64,000 nt of DNA from Eledone cirrhosa (GCA_964016885.1 OZ024763.1:27280001-27344000); one strand, 5' to 3'; counted from the first letter of the stretch, positions 1-12,923 are shown. Numbers and translations: made by a program. The notes: a model not told the origin generated them from the sequence alone.

Positions 1-119
1 TTGCAGTGGGGGGTGTGGGGGCATATTGTCTATATGCTTCAGCTTGTACCCATGGGAGGTCGGGTACTCTGTATCACTGCGTGACGCCAGTGGTCACGGT
101 CATGTGTCATCGCCTTTGA

Positions 120-421
120 GAGGTGTAATTGGGTAAGGTCGGCTTTTATCACCTCATCCCAGGTCTCCCCACTCCGCGGTTTCCATCGACTTCTAGTGCT
201 CTGCACCTTTTTATGCAGCTGTTATCCTTCATACGCATCACATGTCCATACCAACGCAACCGCCTCTCCTGCACACATAATTTGATTCCTCTTATGCTCA
301 GTCTCTCTCTCAATTCATTTATGCTTTGTCGTTCACGTATATTACTGTTACACATCCATCGGAGCATGCAGGCTTCGTTTCTCTCTAATCTACGTAAGTC
401 TTCCACCTTCAGCGCCCAGGA
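120..421 (-). mobile_element. RTE-clade LINE 3' fragment
   Basis: [40 protein letters not shown]. Its downstream sequence (1-120) recurs at 42330-42410 and 55420-55550. Confidence 0.75.
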
Positions 422-576
422 CTCATATATATATATACATATATATCATATATATTATATATATATATAATAATTAATATATATTATATATATATATATA
501 TCTCTGGCATTATGAAGTAATACAGATATAGATAATGCATATATATGCATATATATACATATATATATACATATAT

Positions 577-908
577 GGAGGCACATGGCTTAGTGGTTAG
601 AGCATTGGGCTTGCAATCGAAAGGTTGTGAGTTCAATTCTCAGACCGGGTGATGTGTTGTTTCCTTGAGCAAGACACTTTATTTCACATTGCTCCAGTTT
701 ACTCACCTGTAGAAATGAGATGATAGGGACTGCGGTCCCTATCATTCCACTGCAAAGTGGTCGTGGAGGTGCCACGGCAAAAAAGCACCCAGCACTCACT
801 GTAAATGAGGTTGGTGTTAGGAAGGGCATCCAACTGTAGAAATCAAGCCAGAATCAGTTCCCGTCCCACCCTTGCAAGCAGGGAAAAGTGGACGTAAAAT
901 GAAATGAT
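577..908 (+). mobile_element. SINE family A (tRNA head, RTE-derived tail), about 330 bp
   Basis: A box TGGCTTAGTGG, B box GAGTTCAATTC, CCTTGAGCAAGACACTTTA core, tail CCCACCCTTGCAAGCAGGGAAAAG..GACGTAAAATGA. Near-identical copies at 20203-20540(+), 27697-28107(-), 31820-32152(-), 32666-33000(+), 39012-39250(-), 58135-58470(+), 60140-60445(-), 63411-63741(-). Confidence 0.85.
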
Positions 909-961
909 ATTGACACACTTATATACATACATATCTATATATCTATAATAATAATAATAAT

Positions 962-1250
962 GAAATTATTGTGTACAATGCTCAGGTGCACTACAAATCA
1001 TCAAAGGTGCATGTATAGTACATAGAATAATGTACAAATGTCAGGAAAGTGAACATAGTATGAGTCATGATATACACACAGATACATGCATGCGTGTGTA
1101 GTTTTGGTGAATTTCAGGAAGCATAGAGGTTTTAAAGGATGCAGTGTCTCAGCAGCTAACAACTGATGCAGGTAGTTTGTTCCATACTTCAGCAACTCTG
1201 AGCATAACAAAATGTTTCCAAAAGTCATGGGAGCTGTACTGTTTTCTTAC
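962..1250 (-). mobile_element. CR1-like LINE 3' fragment
   Basis: Minus strand KHFVMLRVAEVWNKLPASVV..ASFK followed by the 3' UTR; the same tail occurs at 53200-53265 and 63870-63975. Confidence 0.65.
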
Positions 1251-1487
1251 TCATATACATATCATCATCATCATCATCATCGTTTAACGTATATCTTCCA
1301 CGCTAGCATGGGTTTAGATGGGAATAGTCCTACTTGAGGCAAAATTGGTCGGGTGACCATGTCTCGCTCGTATAGGACTGTCTGGCAGGTTTTCTATGGC
1401 TGGATGCCCTTCCTAACATCAACCACGTGGACTGGGAGGTTTTTACCGTGTTACCTACACGGCGACATTACAGCGTGGACTGTGTAA

Positions 1488-1523
<36 letters not shown>

Positions 1524-1910
1524 AATATGGGGAGAAGAATACTGCATGGTTGCACATGGATTACATGTTATAAAATGAGTCCCTCATCAGTGATTTGCCA
1601 ACGATCATTGGTATTTCATCGCATTAAAAATCATATACATCACGTTGGTGCGACAATAACTAAAATAAGTTATTGGGACAATTGAAACGCGTAAAGCGAG
1701 TGAGACAAGTAAACAACACAGGGGAAATATATATATATATATATTTATTAAAATAACAGATTAATCCCGTTAAGGGTGAAAGCAGCGATTCTTTGCTTAA
1801 ACTTTAATCTGTTATTTTAATAAATATTTGCTCTATGGTTCTTATATATTTGATATATATTTATCCTTATCAAGCCCTCTTTGGATTTTAGTCTTCACAT
1901 TTATTATTAT

Positions 1911-1955
<45 letters not shown>

Positions 1956-2037
1956 GTTATTCCGGGTTGAATCGGAGGTAACCACAGTAAGTAAGGTACT
2001 CAATACATTGCAGAGTATAAAAGTTTTAATATAGATG

Positions 2038-2088
2038 AGATTCTACAGGACTAGAACTGTTTCATTCTTTAGAAATCATCAGGAATCT
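2038..2088 (-). ncRNA. Type I hammerhead ribozyme motif (Penelope-type)
   Basis: Minus strand: AGAUUC-CUGAUGA-uUUC uaaa GAAu-GAA-ACAG uucuaguc CUGU-A^-GAAUCU. Stems I, II and III and the core are intact; GUA cleavage triplet. Confidence 0.75.
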
Positions 2089-2833
2089 GGGTATCAAAAA
2101 ATAAGTATGGTATTTATAGGTCTCTACAAGTGGTAGGAGAGGGTGGGGAGTGGGATGGGTGTAGGTCATTGGTTGATAGAAAAGGGAATTCATTAAAAGC
2201 TAATTCTACAAAGCTATAGTTTATTTTTATTTATTTTTGTTTTTAGAGTAACAAAGGCAGACAGAATTCTATAAACAGGTTCAGGATGGCATGCCACTCC
2301 TTATTATTAAGTTTCTCTTAAGCTAACAGGTGTCTATAAGATCAGTGGGGGGTCAGTCATGGTAGATAGATATATATATATATATTATAAAGAATTCAAA
2401 GTTTGAAAACCACGACAATGCGGGCTGGACAGAAAATAAATAAGTCATAAAAAACATTGGTTGTTTTCTTTACCTTAATTTATTCATAGGTCCTCATATT
2501 TCGAGATTAATATCTCTTCTTCTGGGAAAAATAAAGGAACTATTCCAGTGTCTGATGTGACTTACTATACTATGCAAATTCCTTCTTTATATATATTTTA
2601 TTTTTTATATTTTTCAGACTTTGCCAAGATATTGAAGATGAAATATCTCCAGTGATTCATTAGTTCCAACAAACACCGAGAAACAATTACACAAACTCTT
2701 CTTAGTTTCAGTCTTGTTTGGAAAGGAAAAGGACTACCTCAACATATCGGACATTGATCCTTCATCAGGAAAGAGTACAGTCAGAAGATATTGAAAGTTG
2801 GATAGTTAAGAAAGAAAAAAAATATACATAACA

Positions 2834-2911
<78 letters not shown>

Positions 2912-2999
2912 TAAAATCCTGAGTGTGACGCCAAGCAGTTTCAGATTGTGTGCGCAGACTATATACACGCACACACACACAAACACACACACATATATA

Positions 3000-3048
<49 letters not shown>

Positions 3049-3369
3049 TATATTATTTATATTATTCATACACAGAACAAAAGCCCTACTTGAGGTTTCA
3101 AGGCCTAATATTGACCATATCTCCAGATTTTAAGAGGGATGAAATTTGTGGCCAAATTCTTTAGGTGCTAAGAAGATTTTGTATAGATTTACAATGGAAT
3201 ATATTGCCTTATCTTTTCTTGAAGGAAAATTATACAAAGATAAATGAAAATCAACAAAATCAAAATGGACGGCGTGAGATTTTTTTTAACCACCCATTTT
3301 CCAATATGGTGACAAACGTAATTTAGTGAACTAGCTCAGTGTTATTGTTTTTATTATTATTTGATTTTC

Positions 3370-4078
3370 AACTTTCCGGGGTTGATAAAATAAAGTACTA
3401 ATAACACACTGAGGTCAATTAAACCGATTTTCCCCTCCTCTAAATCAGAAATCCTTATTGTCTTTCACCCTTTTGGGGTTGGTAAAATAAAGTACCAGTA
3501 ACGCACTGCGGGTCGATTTAACCGATTTTTCCCTCTCCCTCCAAAATTATTGATCTTGTGCCTAAATCTGAAACTATTATTGTCTTTTACCATTTTGCGG
3601 TTGATAAATAAAGTATCAGTAATACACTGGGGGTAGATTTAATCAACTTCCCGCTTCCCTTCTTCAAATTGCTGGCCTTGTGACTAAATCAGAAACCATT
3701 ATTTTTTGTCTTTTACCCTTTTTAGGTACCAGTAATACATTGAGGGTAGATTTAATTGACTTTCCCCTCCCTTAAAATTGTTGGCTTTGTGCCTAAATCA
3801 GAAACTATTATCATTTGCCTTCCATCCTTTAAGGGTTTGATAACATAAAGTACCAGTAATACACTCGGGTCAATTTAATTTGAATTTGCCCTACTTCTCT
3901 CCCTCCATTGAAAATTCCTGTTCTTGTGCCTAAATTCGAAATTTTTATTATAATCCTTTTGGTGTTGATAAAATAATGTACCAGTCATGTACTGGGGTCA
4001 ATGTGATTAACTGATTCCCCCCCCCCCCCCCCACACACACACACACATTGCAGGGCTTGCACCTATATTAGAAATTAC
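3370..4078 (+). repeat. Degenerate tandem array of SINE-B 3' halves (about 120-bp unit)
   Basis: Recurring GGGTTGATAAAATAAAGTACCAGTAATACACTG..GCCTTGTGCCTAAATCAGAAAC, about 6 copies. Confidence 0.7.
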
Positions 4079-4101
4079 TACTACTACTACTACTACTACT
4101 G

Positions 4102-4154
<53 letters not shown>

Positions 4155-4164
4155 GCTACCACTG

Positions 4165-4216
<52 letters not shown>

Positions 4217-4222
4217 CACTAC
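4076..4222. repeat. (CTA)n microsatellite
   Basis: Direct reading. Numerous (TA)n, (GA)n, (TAA)n, (CAT)n and (ATCT)n tracts also occur throughout the window, e.g. 6020-6420 and 22070-22165. Confidence 0.95.
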
Positions 4223-4499
4223 CGCAAAAACAGCACCAACACCATCATCATCATCATCATCATCAACATCAACAACAACAACAAATAACACCAAAACCAC
4301 CTACTACTACTATAGCTAATAGTCGTTATAATATTAATACTAGAACTACTACTGTTTGCTTATGTTGCAACAACAACATCAACAACAACATCAATAGCTG
4401 CAGCAACAACACCAACAACAACAGCGGCAACAATATATTTTAATTTCTTTCCAACCAAAACCAGTTCTGGTTCTATGAAACAATACAACCCATTTTAAT

Positions 4500-5545
4500 G
4501 AGTTCTTATTCAATTTAACATTTTCCAAAATAATTTTATTTAAGAACCATATATTAAATTTCTATCTTTGTAAGGAAATAAATAATAGTTTTAGAAAATG
4601 TGGTGAATTCTTCAAGATTCCTTATTAATTAATTGAAATACTGGGTTCCTATTTAATTTAAAATTTTCTACAATAATTTTATATAAGAACCATATGTTAA
4701 CTTTCTATCTTTGTAATGAAATAAATAACAGCTTTGGTAAATTCTTCAAATTTCCTTATTAATTAATTGAAATACTGGGTTCCTATTTAATTTAAAATTT
4801 TCAAAAATAATTTTATGTAAGAACCGTATGTTAACTTTTTATCTTTGTAATGAAATAATTGATAGTTTTAGTAAATCCCTCAAATTTCTTTAGTAATTAA
4901 TTGAAATAGGGTGCCTTTTATTAAAAATACAATCACGAACAGGTTAAATTAAAAATTTCTAAATAATTCATTTATAAGAACCAAATGTTAAATTACTATT
5001 TTTGTAATTAAATAATTGATAGTTTTAGTAAATCTCTCAAAATTCTTTGTTAATTATCTAAAATACGGTATCAAAAATACGGTATCTAAAATACGGTATC
5101 AAAAATAATTTTATGTAAGAACCATATGTTAACTTTTTATCTTTGTAATGAAATAATTGATAGTTTTAGTAAATCCCTCAAATTTCTTTAGTAATTAATT
5201 GAAATAGGGTGCCTTTTATTAAAAATACAATCACGAACAGGTTAAATTAGAAATTTCTAAATAATTTTATCTAAGAACCAAATGTTAAATTATTATTTTT
5301 GTAATTAAATAATTGATAGTTTTAGTAAATCCCTCGAAATTCTTTAATAATTATATAAAATTATCTTTTATTAGAAATATAGTCACAAAAGGGTTAAATT
5401 AAAAATTTCCAGAATAATTTTATATAAAAACCATATATTAAGTTACTATTTTTATAATGAAATAATTTAGTAAATCTCTCAAAATTCTTTGATAATTATC
5501 TAAAATAGGGTATCTTTTAATAAAAATAAAGTCATAAAATGGTTA
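4500..5545. repeat. AT-rich degenerate tandem repeat (about 140-150-bp units)
   Basis: Recurring TAAGAACCATATGTTAA..TTTGTAATGAAATAA; 4803-5060 is duplicated at 5101-5360. Confidence 0.75.
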
Positions 5546-6156
5546 GAGTGAGAGATGGAATGAGAGATAGAGACAGGACCATATAGTGAGAGCGAAAAAA
5601 GAGATTGAGCATCCCTTGCTTTCTATTTTTTTTATCCCTTTTTTTGTGCGCTTATTTTGCTCCCTATTGGCCTCCCCGATTTAAATTTTAAATTAAAATT
5701 TTTTTTTTTAATTTTCATTTATATTTTTATATTTACTTATCTTTGTCTATCTTGTTTTGATATTTTGGGTTGTTTTTTTGTCAATTTTAAGAAGTACTAG
5801 ATATTTCCTCTCATCTGTCATGCAGACAGCTCAATGCAGACGTTTAAATTGATTAAATGAATAGATATATACAAGCTCTTTACATTCTGAGTTCAAATCC
5901 TGCCATGGTTAACTTCGCCTTTCAACCTTTTGAGGTCCATAAAATTTAAGTACCAGTCAACTACTGGGGTTGATTTAATCAACTTAGGCCAGCCAATTTT
6001 GGAGGAAGGGCAATCTATTTATCTATCTATCCACCTATCTATCTATCCACCTATCTATCTATCTATCTATTTATCTAGCCATCTGTACATCTCTATCCAT
6101 CCATCCATCTACCTATCTATCTACCTACCTACCTACCTACTTACCTACCTAGCTAC

Positions 6157-6188
<32 letters not shown>

Positions 6189-6758
6189 TTATCTAGCCAT
6201 CTGTACATCTCTATCCATCCATCCATCTACTTATCTATCTACCTACCTACTTACCTACTTACCTACTTATCTCTCTATCTATCTATCTATCTATCTATCC
6301 ATCTATTTATTTATCAATCCATCTATCTATCTACCTACCTCTCTACCTAGCTATCTATCTATCTGTCTCTCAATCTATCCATCCATCTATTCATAAATCC
6401 ATCCATCCATTGATTTATGCATCCTTCCATCCATTTATTAACATGTCCAAAGATCCATCCATTCAATTAAAATTATAAGGAACAACTGTGCTGTCTGGCC
6501 CCTAGCAATCGAATCCATGACCCCTATGATTATCAGTCCAACTCCTTAAAAACTAGAAATGAGTTACATATTGGGAACAAACATCTACTCTTTGAAAATC
6601 TGAGGGGGTCTTAACCACTAGAAAAGAATTAGAGTATTACATCTTGGGAACAAACCCCAGTACTTCAAAAATTTGAGGAGTCTCATTTATATTTTGCTGT
6701 TGTTTTGGGGGGAAGGAATTGATAGTTCAACTTCGTCATCAACAACACCAACAACAGC

Positions 6759-6826
<68 letters not shown>

Positions 6827-8046
6827 TTCTTTATTGGCCACGAGGGCCGACATATAGGGGACAATACATAAAGACAGGGACAGTGGGGATTTTACATACA
6901 TAAATAACAAAATACAACAATGAAAATTCCCCAATTGGGGAGATAACAACCCAGTGTGGGGCTATTTTTGTGTGAGAGAAAGGTTTATAAAGAAGACTAA
7001 AAAATAAAAATAAAATAACAATAATAATAATATTTTTTTTTTACCTTTTGTAAGGGTTCTCTAGCAACCATTTGTTAGGTGCAGTGTGTTAATCGGCCTC
7101 GGAACAGTCCCTGGTCTCAGAGGCTCAATATATCGTGTAGGACTCCGGCATTGCTGGTAATGGTAGAAATTTGGACAGTGCCTATGAAGTGAGGGATACC
7201 AAGGCTTTTGATGAAAGATGTAAGACGTTTAGGGGGCCATGTCTAGCAAATCCAATGACATTTGACATGACTTCTGATCAGTTCTAAGAGTTCAATGTCT
7301 GCCAAATAATAATAATATCAATAATAATAATAATAACAATTTTAATAATATCATTGCTTTCTTTATTTTCCACAAGGGCTCACATTAAGGAAACATTAAA
7401 GACAGTACAGGACGATAGATTGTGGGGTTTTTTTGTGTAAAATAAAATTTATAAGAGAGATTAAGAAAATAAGCATTTAAAAAAAACATGGAAAAAGCCC
7501 ATAAAAGCCACAGTCACTCTGACCATTAGGGTAAGAACTCTTTCCCAATTGTCCTTCAATACTACAGGCACACACTCAGGGTAGACCCATTTATAAGGGC
7601 CACTCTTGCCTCTCTCACACGCACCTTTCAACAAAAGCTACGGTTACTCTGATCGCTAGGGTAAGAACCCTTTCCCAATTGTCGTCCTTCAATATTACAG
7701 GCACACACTCAGGGCAGGCCCCTTCACACAGGCCAAATAAAAATTTTAATAGTATTAATAATTTAATGCAGTATTAGGAGACATTGCCACATGAAAATCT
7801 AACACGATGATGGTGATAATGATGACAACAGACATGATGATGAAAAGGAGGATGAGAATGATGAGAATAATGAGGGATGTGATGACAACGACTATGAAAA
7901 TGATGACAACGACGATGATAAGGATAACAGCAATAATGATGATGATAACAATGAAGACAGAGGTTGAAATGATGTCGACAGCAACAGCGACGACGACAAT
8001 AACAAAACGAAGAAAACAACGGTGAAATAAAAATAAAAAAAAACAC

Positions 8047-8080
<34 letters not shown>

Positions 8081-8081
8081 T

Positions 8082-8300
8082 GTCATAGGAGCAATAGGTA
8101 CTATCTCAAAGAGTTTCCAAGGATGGTTAAAGAAAATTAGTCCAGCCCCACTTTTTGGAACACTTCAAAAGGCATGCTTGCTGGGAACAGCAAGAACCCT
8201 CCGATACGTCCTGAATATCTGAGGCTGCAGGTAGCGGCTTGATATTCATTTCAACAAACTTTCCAGTTAAATAACATCAATAACTGAGACTCAAAGAACA
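8082..8300 (+). mobile_element. R4/Dong-like (RLE-type) non-LTR 3' end inserted in (TAA)n
   Basis: VIGAIGTISK..LQKACLLGTARTLRYVLNI* (8082-8222) plus a short UTR, flanked on both sides by (TAA)n. Confidence 0.7.
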
Positions 8301-8831
8301 ATAATAATAATAATAATAATAATAATTTCTTTATTGGCCACAAGAGCCGACATATAGAGGACAATTCAAAAGACAGGGACAGCTTGAAGCATTGTATATG
8401 ATATATCACTTTCCATATAATAATAAAGGTTTCTTTATTAACTACACAGGGTTTACATTAAGAAGACAATATAGAAGGCATAGGACGGTACAGTGTGGGG
8501 GTTTTTTTGTGTGAAAGAGAAAGGTTTATAAAGAAGACTAAAAAAAATAAACATTTAAAAAGCGCGGGGGGGATAACTCTGAGGGTCACTCGTGGAGAAA
8601 GCCCACAAAAAGCCAGGGTAACCTTGACAGCTAGGGCAAGTGTGCTCTCTTAAATATTCTAATAATAATAATAATAATAATAATAACAATAATAATGATT
8701 GCAATCTCTTATGTCCGTCTAGTAACATCAACAACAAGATCAATCATATTTGTTTGATATTTGCATCCACTTTGGTTATTTTCATAATACCACTGAAAGA
8801 TTATATATATATCAATATCTATCTCTATCTA

Positions 8832-8869
<38 letters not shown>

Positions 8870-10107
8870 CATAAAATAGATAAAAACACTAACTAGACTT
8901 TCAACTTTATGGAAAATGTATATATGGCTATATGGATAAATGATTGCATTATACACCTAAGTATACATCCATACATATTTATACATACATGTATATATAT
9001 ATATATATAAATATACTACATATATTTACTTGCATAAATATTTATAGTCTTTTGTATAAATATTAATATAAGGAGATATATTTCCATAAATATTATACAT
9101 AAATACATATAAAGATACAAAATACTTTATATTCGGCATTTTAAGCAGAAAACCAACTTATATATCTATATATATATTTGAATTTTTTTATCCAGACAAA
9201 ACTAAGCCAATTTTAATAGTAAGATCCTTGGCAAAAATATCTTATACAGAAATTGACTGTTTCATAACAAAAGCAATGAATATTTAATTCTTGTTCAGAA
9301 GTATGGGACTTCCAATACACCACTAATGCCTTCCTGAAAGGCATACATGTGAACAATACATCTTTCAATTTATTACTTGACTTACGGGGAACAAAAAAAA
9401 AAAACAAAAAAAAAAACAAGAAAGAGCAAAGCAAAAAATATCCTTTGTGGCTTTTAGTGATCGAAATACTCGCTGCAAAGAAGTCTTAAACTTTGATTTA
9501 AAGAAATGTTTTCCAAATTGACAGGTATTCTTCTATATTCGTTTTTATCTGATACGAATTTCATGGGCAAGCAATGAAATTCTCTTTGTCATACTGTCAT
9601 AGATTTCATGCATATAAAAAAAAATTGAGTTTTGAGAATTTGAATTATTTTATACACGAAAATATTTTTTTCCTTTTGATAAAAATAATAATTCCAAACA
9701 TGAAATAATAATTTCAAACGTTAAAATTATTATTTACAAATATCAAAATTATAACTCCATATATTAAAATTATATTTCCAAGCATAAAAATATAATTGAA
9801 AGCGTATTATTTCCAAATATATGTTAGAATTAGAATTCCATACATTAAAATTATAACTTCATACATTAAAATATATTAAAATCATATTTACAAGCATAGA
9901 AATATAATTCAAAATATTATAATTTTATAATTATATTTCGAAACGTTATAATTTCAAACATCCCGTCGTTTTAGGGTCTTCACCTTATTTTATAAACTAT
10001 TCTACAGCATCTCTGGACTTGAGCACACCATCCTTTATACTTTATATATATATATATATATATACTCTCAGTGCTTAAAAGCTGAATATTTGACTTCAGA
10101 GATTGTT

Positions 10108-10455
10108 TATCAAAATTATAATTAAAACCATTCAAATAATATTTCCAAGCATTAATATTATAATTTCAGAACATAAAAATTATAATTAAAACCATTCAAA
10201 TAATATTTCCAAGCATTAATATTATAATTTCAAAACATCAAAATTATAATTAAAACCATTCAAATAATATTTCCAAGCATTAATATTATAATTTCAGAAC
10301 ATAAAAATTATAATTAAAACCATTCAAATAATATTTCCAAGCATTAATATTATAATTTCAGAACATCAAAATTATAATTAAAACCATTCAAATAATATTT
10401 CCAAGCATTAATATTATAATTTCAGAACATCAAAATTATAATTTCAAAATAATAT
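10108..10455. repeat. 64-bp AT-rich tandem repeat, about 5.5 copies
   Basis: Unit AAAATTATAATTAAAACCATTCAAATAATATTTCCAAGCATTAATATTATAATTTCAGAACAT(A/C). Confidence 0.9.
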
Positions 10456-11370
10456 TTTCAAACATAAAATTAGAATTTCAAATATTAGAAGAAAATGCTA
10501 AACAATAGAATAAAAATTTCTATAAATTTAAATTTCTAATACCAAATTCAAATCCAGGACCTGCTTACTCCTGTTGGAGAAACCCCCTTCTTAGTTGACC
10601 ACATTGCTTTGGGTTTGGGTCATGTCTTCAGGGGTGTAGCTGTACTCAACAGGCTTGGAACAATAGTGGGTTGGTAAGGTTATTTAAACCATATTTGGAG
10701 TGGATGTCCATTGACTCTAAGGAGTTCATCTGCCCTTTAACAGCTTGTTGTTGTTTTTTTTGTGCTAGGTTACATGGTTCCCAATGGCAGGCAGAAACCT
10801 AACCTGACCTGAATTACTAGTAATGTAGTAATCATAATTTTAACCACTATAATAATAATTTTCAAATTTTCTTTTGTGAAATAATGTTAGGTATATATTG
10901 CAGTTTGTTTTTCTAGACAACATAAGGTATAGAGATGTGTGTATATAAATAATAGTTTGGTGTGTATATATAAATTATATAGCTTCAAACTTAATTCTCT
11001 GTACCTTCGGAGTTTCAATAGCATTTGGAATTTTTATATCACTATATATCTTTCTTTCTGTATATATATATAGGAAAAGAGTCAGGACCCCAACGGCTGA
11101 GCTCCAGCCCTTTTGACAGCTAGATCCAAACTTACATATACATCTTTCTCTCTCTCTCCCTATATATATATATATATATATATCTTTCTCTCTCTCCCTA
11201 TACATACACATAAATATATATATATATTTATACACACACGCTAATACATATATATATATAATTTATATACCCATACATATACATCAAGCGACTGTAATCA
11301 TCTGTTTTGGGATGTGTGTGTGCTGTGCGCCAATTTTCATGTCAGTCAACTACTGAACTCTGCAAGCAAT

Positions 11371-12423
11371 ATGAACAATTCACTAGATTTAACGAATGGA
11401 ACTTCTCTCCAACTCTTCAGCAGAGAATATGCCAAATACCATGGTTACCTCAGTCTCGTAGTCTGCTTCTTTGGGATCATAACCAACATTATCAACATAA
11501 CAGTTCTGACCCGGAAGCACATGCGTACGCCTGTCAATCTAATCCTTACTTCACTAGCCGTCGCAGATATACTCAAGATGGTGATTTACCTACCTTTTGC
11601 CTGGCATTTTTACTGCAAGTACCCACATCCGAATTCCGACCGGAATTCCTTCGGATGGATGCAGTTTCTGATATTTCACATCAACTTCTCGACCACTACT
11701 CACACTGTATCCGTTTGGCTGGGTGTCCTGCTCGCAATCTTCCGCTATCGTCACATACAGTCTCCAGCAAAGGGAAACCTGACACGCATGCGAAGAATCA
11801 TTCGTGCGCGCATAAGTGTCTGCCTTACTTACGTGTCAGCGGCCCTGCTTCTCGTGCCCAACTACATATCTTACGATTTGATTTTAAATGATGACTATTA
11901 TGTTCTGAGGAGTATTAAGGCCAATAAGGACCGGTCATTTCTGGTCAATCTTTGGCTGCACAGCATTCTGGCAAAGCTTTTGCCTTGTATACTCATGATT
12001 GTTTATGGTGGACTTCTCTTACGGACTCTTAAAGCAAAGCTAAAAAACAAGCGGCGCTTGTCCAGTTTGGCACCAGCACATAGCCACCAGCCACGCATTT
12101 TGGACCATTCTCGGACCACACGAATGCTACTCGTTGTGGTCATTCTATTTATTGTCACCGAACTGCCTCAAGCTATTCTCCTTATACTAAGCGCCACCAA
12201 GGAGGAATTCTTCAAGGAGTACTACACGCCACTCGGAGATCTAATGGACATTGTCGCTTTGATAAACAATGCTATAAACTTTGTACTCTACTGTTCGATG
12301 AGCCAGGAGTACCGAAGGACGCTCATGCAAATATATTGTTCGGTGCTCTCTACACAGCGCTCTATTGTCACACTAGATATGGCACCAGAGCTCATCACAA
12401 ACACTCGTATTAACCTTAGATGA
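11371..12423 (+). CDS. Intronless class A neuropeptide GPCR, myosuppressin receptor/DMSR-1/FMRFamide-receptor-like (350 aa)
   Basis: First in-frame ATG is at 11371 (the track starts at an upstream GTG). N-terminal N-glycosylation sequons NNS and NGT. TM1 YHGYLSLVVCFFGIITNIINITVLTR, TM2 PVNLILTSLAVAD, TM3 HTVSVWLGVLLAIFRY, TM6 TTRMLLVVVILFIVTELPQAIL, TM7 LINNAINFVLYCSMSQEYR. Confidence 0.9.
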   Translation: MNNSLDLTNGTSLQLFSREYAKYHGYLSLVVCFFGIITNIINITVLTRKHMRTPVNLILTSLAVADILKMVIYLPFAWHFYCKYPHPNSDRNSFGWMQFLIFHINFSTTTHTVSVWLGVLLAIFRYRHIQSPAKGNLTRMRRIIRARISVCLTYVSAALLLVPNYISYDLILNDDYYVLRSIKANKDRSFLVNLWLHSILAKLLPCILMIVYGGLLLRTLKAKLKNKRRLSSLAPAHSHQPRILDHSRTTRMLLVVVILFIVTELPQAILLILSATKEEFFKEYYTPLGDLMDIVALINNAINFVLYCSMSQEYRRTLMQIYCSVLSTQRSIVTLDMAPELITNTRINLR

Positions 12424-12463
12424 CTGCCGGGTGAGCAGAATAAATACAAAAACAAGACATATA

Positions 12464-12825
12464 CAGTGGTACCTCGATTCAGGAACTAAATTCATTCCTG
12501 AAGGCTGTTCGTCGTTACTCGAAATCTTTGTAAACCGAAACTATTTTTCCCATATGAAATGTTGAGAGGGAAATACAGTAAGAGTGAGGGAGAAAGAGAC
12601 TGTGTGTGAAAGAAAGATAGATATCATCACAGTAACTAACTACACAGCAAGTGACGTTGTCCCACCAATACTCCAAGCTTGTCACCAACTGTTGTTGTCG
12701 GCTTGCGTGTTTGTTACTCGAGACACTGTTCATCAACCGAGGTATGTTATGTTTCGGGGAAAAAATTGTTTGTGAACTGATTTATTCGTGACAAGAGATG
12801 TTCGTGATGAGCTGAAGTTCCGCTG
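12464..12825. mobile_element. Tigger/pogo-like MITE just downstream of the GPCR stop
   Basis: TA|CAGTGGTACCTCG...GAAGTTCCGCTG|TA; degenerate TIRs, TA target-site duplication. Confidence 0.6.
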
Positions 12826-12870
12826 TATATAGAAAAATATAAAAAATAAATGAGTAAAAAAAAAAAAAAA

Positions 12871-12923
<53 letters not shown>

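Noticed and set aside
577-650. tRNA genes at SINE heads (also 41369-41440)
   Set aside because: A/B boxes continue into the SINE body in many copies and there is no complete cloverleaf
590-829. Recurrent MPFLTPTSF... ORFs as a gene family
   Set aside because: They are antisense translations of SINE-A copies
2735-2778. Additional hammerhead candidates (also 18570-18605, 40315-40400, 60480-60540)
   Set aside because: CUGANGA- or GAAA-like pieces are present, but core positions are mutated or stem I/III cannot be formed; at most these are decayed copies
7380-7735. Possible L1/Tx1-like 3' fragments (also 8440-8660, 51480-51810)
   Set aside because: Repeated and probably TE-derived, but too degenerate to classify by eye
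7774-8086. His/Met/Ile-rich ORFs (also 4007-4300, 33671-33877, 62844-63161)
   Set aside because: Trinucleotide microsatellite translations with no splice or homology support
11314-11370. N-terminal extension of the GPCR from the track's start
   Set aside because: The start is GTG within a (TG)n-like run; the first ATG is 11371. An upstream exon cannot be excluded.
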